Assembly: GCA_000934665.2 (NCBI GenBank) | Contig: KZ538466.1 | Span: forward strand, 1 to 64,000 | Direction: 5' to 3' | Source of the DNA: Catajapyx aquilonaris | Lineage: Eukaryota | DNA length: 64,000 bases | Shown here: piece by piece, positions 23,202 to 34,138 of the stretch | Position numbering within the stretch: position 1 is the first letter of the stretch | Layout: each line of letters begins with the position of its first letter | The notes under the pieces: generated by a model | The model's database searches: none | Told to the model about the DNA's origin: nothing | Seen by the model: only the letters and a program-made list of their open reading frames with translations | Made by a program: the position numbers and the translations under genes

Positions 23202-26200
23202 GTAAGTATTTTGTTAAAGAACTTTCTGAAATCATTCAAGAATTTTTCTAAGGCTTTACTTATATGCAGGAGCTTATGACAATACTTAGGTCCTTTCATG
23301 TCCTTAATGGAATTCTTACTTTCTTCTATACGATGCTGTAATTAGACATATCTGCTACGGTTGGGCTTGGTTTTGGATGGGACCTTAGCAGGTCTGGATA
23401 GTTCTTGTTTCGATGGCTCTACATAGAATAATATTATCTCATGCAGCGTGTAGTCAAGGATCGCTTTTCCTAATGCTCATCAGTAGTCCGTTGTATTTAT
23501 TATGAGCATTTAGCCTGAGTTATTTAACTTTATTTGACACTTCTTTTTAATCTGAGGTTAGTGAATACCGCCAGCCTTTAAGTGCACCACAAAATATTGC
23601 AGTACTATCTTGTGATAACTGTTAGTTCGGAGAGAGGAAATCAGTTTTAATAATAATTGCACCGAATCATGGTCCTCGCAGTACGTTCAGCAGTCTGTTA
23701 TTCGCATAATTAACAATATGAATAAACTATCTGCATTTTTTTTAAATATTTGAATTTTGAAAATACAGCCTGTCGCAACAACTCCCCTTTCCTGTGTGCT
23801 GGATTTCATAACTTATTGGGATACGTTTATATTATGCTACAAGAATGCAAACTTGTATGTTCACAACCTCGTGAGAATAGGTCGCACCAAGAAGCTAATA
23901 CATCTGTTGACTTCTCGCGAACTTGCAGTGTCCATTTTTCCTATTATTTTTGCACCTCATATCCCTTATGCATTTTTTTCCCGCAGACTATGCGGTGTGC
24001 ATACAGTACCGATTGCAAAATTCGTTACCTCCCAGCACGCCCTCTATCCCCACATTTTTCACACAGATTCAAAAATATGGGCATCCCTGTTGATATTTAG
24101 TCCGTGTAGCAGAACCCCCCTAATGGGCAAGTGTAATGGTGATCGCATCATTGAGCAAAGCGTGACAAACAGCGTTAGTGTGTGAATGTGAGAGACAGGG
24201 CGCGAGGTTTAAGAATGCATGAAGAGATGAAGTGGCAAGCACAAGCGGTCCAGGAGGAGTTCTCCTGCAAATGGAGTTTGGGTGTTAAAGTAGCGGGCGC
24301 CCAATTCACTTAGCCAGACACAGTGGCGCGGGCCAATAGGCCTAGTCATCCATGTTGAATTAACATTTGCCTCATTAGCCTGCACTTGTGAGCCGTGCCG
24401 CCCCCACGAACAACACGGGCTCAAATTCCGCTCTAGCCTCATGACAACGGCTCGTCTTACCCCCTTTTCGCCACTTTGCCCCAACTCGGGGTTGGTCCAC
24501 GATTATAGCCCCCGATGGACAATAACTGGTGCTTGCCTCTCTTAGGTTACGGCCCTAAACACGGACGCCGGGTCCACTCTTTCTGTATACGCTCTAATTA
24601 ACACCTGCACGTTATTACTGGTACGTTGGAGTCCCCAGCATTCATCATGGATGCTACCAGAAAATTGTCAATAATGGGAGCTCCGTCCAGCCTGTGGGCA
24701 TCGTTAAGCCGAGCGGAATTGAACGGCTCTAATTATGCAACAACGGGCTCGCATAAGTGATTTTTGAAAGTTATATTTTCATCCGGATTTGTGAATATTT
24801 TTTTTTTTTTGCAACGATATTTGGTGTTTCGCGCATGACACTACTGGTTGATAAGGATCATGTGACTAGGACATTCCTACATCAGGACTGGTTTCCCCCA
24901 TATAAAAGAGTGCGAGTTATCCATCATCTCACACAATCATCTCGCGATTTTCCAGCTTGCTCATGCATTAAAAAGCATCATTTATCACCGGCATCAAACT
25001 GGGGAGATTCTGAGAGAGAATGCAATTGGAGCTCTCTAGAGTTATCACCTTTTTCCAGCAGCAACTACATGACGCTTGACAAACCTGACTTGGCCAACCA
25101 TACATTGACGCACAGACGCACGCACATATACAACCAGGTCTAGCTAGGGCCCAACCCACCCAGTCATGTACACAGTCCGGGAGTGGTGGGCAGCTGCAGG
25201 CCTGCACTTGGCTATCGAACAATAGGCCTGGCTCGTGTCATTCTGTATAGAGTGCCACTAAAGCAGTTTTAATTACATGAAAGCGCTTTGATAAAAGATC
25301 AAAGCCGGTCCTAGTGCCCGTAGGCGTACTTGCCATAAGCCGCCAGATTGGAGCCAATGCGTGCTCGACTCTTCTCGTTTTCCTACCCCCACCCTATACC
25401 CTTTGATACAGTCTGGGTTAAAAATATATACAGTATATAAAAATAGTTTCCAACCTTTGTCTTAGAATTTCCATGGCTGGGGGTATAGTAAGTGCTAATA
25501 CCAGTTGGCATGTGTTGGCCAATATGTATTCGAAGCGAGTCGATGCCATGGACGCTTCCCAGTTTTGTAATGCGATATGGCACATTTTCTTGGGCGATGG
25601 GACACTTGCTACGTTGCAAAGTGATTTTGACCGTCTTTCTCGCCTGTCAGTTGCCCGTAGCCTCAAGGGACGTAGACTAGCCCCCTTCAGACCATGTTTA
25701 TTACGCCTGTCTGCTTGCATTTTTGTCTGGGGATAATATATATATATATATATAGGTGCACTTTGCATGTGTAATTCTTGAAACGTTTAGAATTCAAGCA
25801 AGTTATGTTGCATATTTATGTTATGCATTAGATGCGATGAATTCATTATTTACGTTAGTATTCAAAAAATTCTGAAAGCTATTTATTAATAACACACGTA
25901 ATGTGCGTTTTTTATGTTCATAACCATACCCTATAGCTATTTTTATGGTTATCCTCCATGGAGATATTTACACTGCCTGTATGGCAATATTTTTTGACGT
26001 GGTGTGTTGGGGCGAGTCATTTGACCTGATGGCTCTAAGCCACGCGTTTTATGTCCACTCTTCCATTCCTTTACCTCTCATCATTTTGGCGGACCCTAAC
26101 CCCTCGGTCATGATGTGATCAGTAGCAGTTATCAAACGCAAAGAAGTCGTTCATACATATCTGAGGCATATTTTGTTAACTCTATGTTAGTCCTGTAACT

Positions 26201-27840
26201 CCTGATTTCTGTTAACTACCTGTTAAAGTTTTTTAACTCCGTTTCAGGTTATAGACATTATAGGACAGGAGATATAAACAGGTGGCGCTGGTGGCGTGGA
26301 TAAAGATTTTACTGAAACTACTCATAATGTCCATGTATGCACTTTCCAGGTGCACAAATATTAATGGTGGAACCTATAGGCAATGCATTCGTTATTTTGA
26401 CTAATAAGACCACTTCTTAAATGAAACACAACCAACAACGCATTAAATAATCATGATACCATGGGAAATAAATCGCTGGCTTTATGCCAGGCCTCCAAAT
26501 ATGTGTATTGTGACATAATTGATTATTGAACAAGTACTTTAGTATGTAGGCGTATAAAACTATACTGCCGGGACCTACTGTACAGTATTCAGGAAAAATA
26601 AATGAGCTCGCAGGTAATGTACATATTGGAAACGTGACACAACAGGTACATGCAGAGGCGGCCAAAGCATAAAAGGATAGTCAGACTAAAACTGCACAAA
26701 GAATTTTCAAAATACTGTAGATTGCATTTTGAGAAAGTAAGTTAGTGTAACTGTACTGTACATGCGTAAGAAGTGAGCGGATTCCATGAAAACGAGTTAT
26801 TACGCACGTTTCTTGTATTTTTTTCCGAATCCTTCACTATAATGGAATGTGATCAGAAAGATGTAAATATGCATCGGCCTACTGTAGTCTTGTTAGGTGC
26901 AATACCCCCGTAGAAAGTTTAGCAGGACTTAATGAAAGTCGCTCTTAGATGTTTCCAAAAGTAGAATTATTTGATCTTAATACAAATTTAAAAATGCAAT
27001 CGTATAATAAAAACAGTGTATAGATAATTATTATTTGTATAAATAAACGTCCTTCAAACCAGATATGTCTGCCGATTAGATTCACTCATAGAGCGAGTCG
27101 GCGAGTAAATGAGGGCAGAGGAAACCCATCATGTAAAAAGTATCCATATAACTGCATAGATTTACTGATACTCTATTCAGTATAGCGTATACACAATACG
27201 GATGAGTATATGGGAGAGACACCAACTGGAGCAGTTGAAAGTCTTTGATGTCGTTTTTATATACCAGAAAGTGATGGTCACCTTTTGAAGCCAACGATGG
27301 TGTCAGTGAAAGGAAATTCACATAACATTGTAGATAAGTAGAACGACTCTTAGTTTACGAACAGCCACGTGAAAGAATCAGAGGACGTCGTCGCAGCAGC
27401 GATAAGAGGAAGGTGAGAGCAGATGTTCTTGCTTACAATCAATCCAGCGAGCGGAAAGAACTGTAGATGTTAAGAGCTTTTCGCTCAAGGGCTTCTGTAG
27501 CAATTGGATGTCAATGGGGATCTTGGCATTGAGTAAAAGAGTAATCTGCATTTTTGAGACATCTTCTGGGTGATTTAAATTCTACTACGACTATAAATGC
27601 GACGTTAATCATGTATACGATTCGTTCAACCAGAGAAATGTTATTACGTCACACGCATTTTATTAGTTAGTTTCATTGTTGCCATTAACTACTGCCGTCA
27701 CTATTATTCTTTGGTTGAATCGATAATAATAAATGATTGGCTGCATATGATATTACTCAACACACAACGCATTGACGCATTGAAAGAAAACATTGTAAAT
27801 GAATACAATACACATCGACATTCGACATACTGTGACTCAC

Positions 27841-28180
27841 CCCTAACAAAATGCAGAACGTCCAGATTTTCTGACGGATCACAATGGTGCTGGCTGCAGT
27901 AATACCTTGCATGTGACAACACCTTGTTATACACAAAACAAGACCTTTGGCTATACTACTATTTGTAATGACGACGTCCACTGAGGCATTTGTCTCACTG
28001 TTGCGCAAGCTTTTGTTTACCTGTGTCAAAGGCCCTCGCATCCGAGCCAATTATTTTCTTTTGTTCCGTTTCCAGCAGACTCTACTTGCTTGCCAACAAT
28101 TTTCTTGAGGTGATGAAACATGCGAAAATTGTTTGGTGCATGGTCGAGTAAATAGCCTACTGCAGTGTTAAAGTAATGCG
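27841..28180 (-). pseudogene. Decayed two-exon PHD-finger-like coding relic, probably transposon-borne
   Basis: Exon-like blocks 28180-28021 (CCTTTCAG| ... CAG|GTAAAC) and 27922-27841 (AAG| ... |GTGAGT) splice to S-R-V-C-[1-nt shift]-GNGTKENN-WLGCEGL*HR|CCHMQGI...KIWTFC. The spacing fits a C4HC3 PHD finger with several ligand codons one substitution away from Cys. Confidence 0.45.
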
Positions 28181-28323
28181 CTGAAAGGATTACAGTAGCG
28201 ATCGTGCATTGTCGTTCTTCTCTCTCAAACAGTTCCACCGTGACATCTATTAGCAATCTCCAAACAGTTCACAGAGGCAGAGTGACTTTCATATGTTTCG
28301 CCACATCAGAATTTTTTTGGCAG

Positions 28324-28939
28324 CCGAGAACTTGGGAAGGAACTAAGAGAGGAAAGACTTGGGGCGAACTTCTTCATTAGAAGCACGAATGTTACGACAA
28401 GTGGCATAGTGACATGATTAGTGGTATGTGCCATCATGTTGCTTTACTGTAGTTTTTTTAAAGTCCATTTTTACACCAAAAGGCTGTTGACATTCTGAAA
28501 GTTCCAATGTGTGGAATATGCTGTCAATGACTACCCTGCACAAAAATCAACAAAAGGAAAGAAAATCGTTTATCGTATACCAACAACGGAATTCATTGAC
28601 ACCATGTGAACATGTTTACATCACCGCAATATTGGGACTATATTATCATATTCCCATATCACTACTGTAGGCTACTATACTGTATTGCTAAAAATGTCAC
28701 AAGGTAACAGGGGCTTCTTATAGTTGGTCCATTAAACTTGGATCTTTTGTGCAGGTGTTTCACAAAAGTCGTAGGAATTCTCTGGAAATATCCCAAAAAT
28801 ATCTGTGGATCAGGACACGTGTATAAGGATCCGCATTTCGCAAGGTCTAAATGGAATTAAAGCGTGAAGAAATATTAAGAGGTATTATGAAGTTCTGCAA
28901 TGCAGACGGTGTTTTTTGATAGAAAAATTCACATTGGAG
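28324..28939 (+). pseudogene. Decayed KDZ/Zisupton-type (HMGXB3-related) transposase relic, tentative
   Basis: Collinear motifs across frameshifts and stops: GTK...YDKW (28393), MCHH (28426), SP...AVDILK (28483), YAVNDYP, PTTEFI (28580); then after an acceptor at 28754, ICGSGHVYKDPHF and EEILRGI (28866). The order matches my recollection of Zisupton-like cores (YDK..W..CPHG..ESPRD..DLL....P...YD..PT.ENI..TGS..YDRFH..LRRI). Confidence 0.4.
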
Positions 28940-29622
28940 GTCTGTGGGTGGCAGGTGGGTGGTATGTGTGGGTTGCACCTAATGCCACAATGGGGCATTC
29001 AGAAAGTTGTGCTTTTTTAGACTGCGATGAATGCTAGAAAACATTTCTATAAAAAGTCTGAATCAACTCTGCCTATACGGTGGTGGTTATTATTGGGATG
29101 CACGTATAGGACGAAGTCCTAACAAGGCAACTTTTCATGGCCCACAACAAAGCACACCTACACGTTAGTTACTCTTTCATATCTCACAGAAGAACAATGA
29201 CATATTTTCCAGTGAATACAATAACAACGCACCTGTCGATTTGTGCTGGACTCACGTGTACACACACTCAAATTCGATGGTTCCAGTAAATATGATAACA
29301 CGAAAACCCTTCATGCAATTAGTATACTGGCACCTAAAAGAATATGGCAGAGGATGCGACAACAGCGTTGGATTAGGTCTCGTTGCTTCGCTGGCGTTGT
29401 CTCCATTTCGGTCACGTTTTTGCTCGGGAGAGGGGTCAATGTTGCGTCCAATATTATCGTCACTTGAAACGCGAAATATTCGGTCAGTGTGTAGATGGGG
29501 CATTGACAAATTTTCGCCGATTCTAGATGTTTTTGCAACCAAGTTGTGTGCTGTTGACAGCTGCGGGTTTTGTTTGATGTGCTTTTAGTGTGTCATTTAA
29601 ACTTATTTCTCATCCAGATATA

Positions 29623-29745
29623 CAGGGTGTTCCAAATGCGTGGGTCGTTTTCATATAACTGATATCGCCCGATAGCAGTTATTTTTTGTAGCTGGTTGTG
29701 CTCCTGACCAGGTGCTCCATTCTATAGCAACTGTTATATTCGACC
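29623..29745. mobile_element. Truncated Tc1/mariner-type MITE, same family as 44754
   Basis: TA|CAGGGTGTTCCAAATGCGTGGGTCGTTTT... aligns with the 44754 copy; the right TIR is missing. Confidence 0.75.
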
Positions 29746-30919
29746 CGCAGTGAGTCAGGTCAAAACTGGGTCAAAAAGAGACGAAGTTGGATTTTGTATA
29801 TCAATGCAAAATTGTCTCAATCTTTTTGAGCTAGGTCCTTTATAGTACCTCATTTCTGGGGCAGAGTTCGGTAATGTGTCCTCAAAATGACGCCAACTTG
29901 ATGTGAGTTTTAAAAGCAGACCAAATAATTTGAGCCCCATAGTACATAGGTTCCGAACTAGCCAAGGACATAATGCTATTCGTAATTTTTGCTCAGAAGG
30001 TTCGCTACATACTGGCTTGCTCATCATCATTTCCCCCCTCTTGACATTATATCCACATGTGGTAAGGTCAACAATGCCTTTTATTAATATTCATTGCTGC
30101 ATGCATTTAGTACCTGCATGTACATAATTTTAGTCATCCACGAGAACTTCTCCACCGGCAATATTGTTATACATTTGGGAATAGATAACTAGAGCGGTCT
30201 GAGCTATCCATATATTATTGTACCATTACTGTTTATTTTGACTTCACATGTACTCTGAAAAGCGGACAAGTAATAAGTAGAAACAATGCCAGCTCGTTCC
30301 ACCTGTATAAAGAGTATTATTTCAGTATAATATGCTCCCAAAATCCTTTTGGAAACTGGGGGGGATATACTCGCTTGAATAGGGTTGGCCATTGCACTAA
30401 TTTTGGGTATTGCGAACTGCATCACTGCAAAATAATGTGAGATTACTTTTGGGAATTATGGACCTATATCCACGTTTATTAGAAGCTATTGAAAGTAGTA
30501 CAGGGTGAATCACAGCTCAAATTTACCACCACTACTCGTTGTCATTCACTATAAATTGTCAGTATACTCCCACTACTCTCACTCAATCCACTAAACACTA
30601 TCAACATCCCACCAAACTCCACACACGTTATTTCCCTCTTGAAACTTGTGATGGACCATTCTCTCCAGGAAAATTCGTCACTGGCTGTTGATGAAACCAG
30701 GTCTTGAGATCCAGGCACTGCTCTCATGACGTAATGTTTGTACAGAGACATGTCCTCTCAAAATCTTCTAAGGTTAGGCCTCCTGATGTTAGTAGCAGCA
30801 ACTAGCTAGACGTAGTAGCTGAGTTTGGGAATGGGAGTAGAGGTGGTGTGGGGAGCAGAAGAAGAGGCTTGCTTGGTGCAGAAGCGGGTTCGCTGGAGCG
30901 AAACTCATTTTCGGGGCGC

Positions 30920-30933
30920 GTCTCCATGGCAAC
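30920..30933. promoter_or_regulatory. Canonical RFX X-box motif
   Basis: GTCTCCATGGCAAC matches the X-box consensus GTNNCCATRGNAAC and lies in a GC-rich island. Function untested. Confidence 0.4.
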
Positions 30934-31209
30934 CCTCATCCATGAGTAATCGGGAGGGAGGCAGTTGGACAATATTCCCCAAAGATCGACCCTCTCTCCG
31001 GGGGTAGGAGGGCGATGTGGATGCAATCCCATTCTATGTGCCAGCTGATAAAATTTTGCCTCAACTCTCCCCACATTTTCTACATTCTAACCAGTATGTT
31101 ATTTTTTTTCGCTATCTTTCTCGAGTTTTCTCATCTGAGTTGGCTATCAGAATCAGTCATGTCTTCAAATATGTTTCGGGTCAGAGATGATCAGGTGTTG
31201 CTTATTCTG

Positions 31210-31373
31210 CCGTCCCAAGGAGAAACACCATATCTTCAAAACTAGTAATGGTGAATATCGCGTGTGTGCCATGCACTTAATCCCCTCTGAGTCAGGGGGG
31301 ATTAGTGTAGGGAATACATGCGACTTTCACCCTTACTAGTTCTGGAGATATGGTGTTTCTCCTTGGGACGGAG
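31210..31373. mobile_element. ~165-bp fully palindromic MITE with a Stowaway/Tc1-mariner-like end
   Basis: CCGTCCCAAGGAGAAACACCATATCT...AGATATGGTGTTTCTCCTTGGGACGGAG|TA; the arms pair almost to the centre. Confidence 0.85.
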
Positions 31374-32356
31374 TATTGTAGGGGACGCAACAATAAGCCC
31401 AGGGCGGATACTTTCATTCATTTATTCATTCATTCATTTCTTCACGGCATTGTCCCAAACGTAATGTACGCCATCTCGTTTGACCGGACATGACAAACCT
31501 ATGACTGGTCAGGTACACGCAAAGGCTATGATAAGTTTGATGATACTTGATTCACGTACTGTATTAATTCTAAGGGCTGCACGGTTGTAACTTGTGGCAT
31601 CATTGTGTGGACGTTTTCACTGCATCGTGATGTGAATGAATAAATGATTTCGGTTGTGGATACATTACATATGATGAGTACGAGCATCCATTTACCTATA
31701 CAACGGCGAGCATGGGGGCATTGCCATGCCACCTAAATAATGAGGCAGGCAATGACTGGCATAGCTATACAGCCCAAGGGAAAAGGAACTGAAGGCCAAC
31801 GTGTCAAAATGAGTTGACTGTATGACCCTGTGTGTTCATAACAATACAATATGAAACTCATGTAATTGACATCAGTGATTTTCTTAACACTATTTTGAAT
31901 TTGCAGAAAACTTGATGACGAATCTACAATGCGTTATAACCATGTCCATGAGACTGGGCGACTTCATTCCCGATACGTGCATTAATGTTACATTATGCGG
32001 TGTACGCGTTGCAGCAGGATCGTGCCCTCCTTGTGGTAACTAACTGGGTTAGTGGTCCATGCCATGTGACACAGGCGTAATTTTTATAAATGTTGGAAAG
32101 GCTACGTCCCGAACAATTCACCAGGTAACAGCTCTTTATATATAGAGGATCGAATGATTGTTACAACAACCACACCATACTCCTGCATGATTTAACACAC
32201 ATGTGATTTTTTCTTTGTTGCGCAACTTTGTGGGGAGAGTGTTTTGCATCAAGAGGCAAATACTCAAGAATGAAATGGCATTTTATATCACCATATTGAC
32301 ACTTATAACAGACATACATAGCGTTCCAATGTGCCTTCCGAAGGAACGTCATCACT

Positions 32357-32504
32357 CAAGGGGTTAACCACTCGACTGTGAAGAGTACACTGGAGTACCA
32401 AATTCAAGGAGTACCAAGGAGTAATAAAGAGTGAGGTATCTGAGGAGTACCAGGGAGTACCACTCTCAGGTGTACACCGGAGTACCGAAGTGGTTACCCC
32501 CTTG
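32357..32504. mobile_element. 148-bp MITE with 8-bp TSD (hAT- or P-like)
   Basis: TCATCACT|CAAGGGGTTAACCACT...AGTGGTTACCCCCTTG|TCATCACT: 16-bp TIR with 1 mismatch, perfect 8-bp TSD, and internal GGAGTACC repeats. Confidence 0.92.
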
Positions 32505-34024
32505 TCATCACTTTCAGCATAAGGTGTAAGGTAGGTGGTCGGATTTGTCTAATGGGCGTCGTCCACGTCGGGAACGGTTGGATTTTCGACATTTCTCACC
32601 CCTACATATAACATGAATTATTAGACTTGTATTAGGCCATCAGACCCCAGACCGGAGATGAACCAGATGTTCTAACTCCCCCTGTATGGTGTCAGTAGCT
32701 TTCATTACATTTTGTCCATCCATTCCAAGCATGTAGGTTAATTATAATAAATAGTGTAGAATGATATGATGAATATAATTTATTCATATATACTGTGATT
32801 GCGCTTTTTATTTATTATTGGTTCGTTTATCTTGTAATAATAACATTTATACGCACTTAAAGAGACAACCACCTGTACAGTATATACGTATCAAAATTCA
32901 GAAATTCAATAATGTCTCTTGTAATTTATTGTGTTCATGACTGCACTACATACATGTGTATCTCAGAAAGTTAGAGTAAGATTGTCATTAGGCGACTTCG
33001 TTCAGTTGCGGCTTATAAAATAATAGCACCTTAAACCCAGGAAGTTATGTCCTGCTAACAATCCAACCTCCAATTAGGAAGCACACACGAAACTTGTTTC
33101 AGTAGGCAATTAGTGGCGGTTATTATAGGAAGAAAGTTTTCCTGCTGTGCCAGGCTTTTGCGTTAATTCCAATGAGGAAAAAAAACGCATCTCTGTCACC
33201 CTTCGTAATAACTCCTATTACACCATTTGCGTTAAAAAATATGCATTATTCACATTCGTATAGAGTGACTGTCCTGCGATTAATTGTAACGCTTTGGACT
33301 TCTGCAGGTCTATTTTTTTACCTCGCTGTAATGCCTGCATGTCGGTCGACCGCAGTACAAAGGGCTTAATTATCCAAATGATCACAAAGGGTATGGTGGG
33401 CAAAAAAAAATCGGCCAGACTTTCCTTGTGTTCACTGGGCCCGGAGGGCAATTAGCAAATTGAGAGCTGGACAAACGCCTAAATATATTATGCAAATATA
33501 TTATTCGGGTGACCATTCCTTGAAAATTTGTTGCAACTCCACGTCTGTTGCAATCAATGCAGTTCGTTTGAAAATTTTTGTAGAGGGTAAAGGAGGAAGA
33601 GAGAGAGAGAAAGAGCTTCAGTGGAAATGATTCACGGGTTCCACTCTGGGCAAGAATTAGCATAGTAATGTCACCCACGTCATCAAAAGTGGCTTATCTA
33701 CCTCTTTTGAGCCAAGTTCAGGCTCGTCCTCACGTACAATCCACGTATAGGGCTAGTCCCATCCCCTTTACAGCTACTTGGAATGATTACTTCCGACATG
33801 TTGCGTCGTCAAATAGCACTTTCACAATCTCGACCCTCGTTCGTAATTATGAGCTCCAGTAACTCCACTGTTATTCGCATGCAACAGCGTTACTCTCCGT
33901 CCGAGCACACAATCGGTGCATGCCATTTCTAAAATGTCATCTCTTTGCATCTAGAATCACCATCTCATCATAGCCATTTTACTGTACCATTGCTTAACTG
34001 TGGTCTAGATTCACTACTTTGCCC

Positions 34025-34138
<114 letters not shown>

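Noticed and set aside
27760..27845. Plus-strand peptide NTQRIDALKENIVNEYNTHRHSTYCDSP resembling an integrase YN...HS motif
   Set aside because: No upstream DDE motifs are in register, and it lies in what appears to be an intron of the minus-strand relic; likely coincidence.
32357..32504. CRISPR-like or iteron interpretation of the GGAGTACC repeats
   Set aside because: The repeats are 8 bp with irregular short spacing, enclosed by TIRs and a TSD in eukaryotic DNA, with no cas genes.
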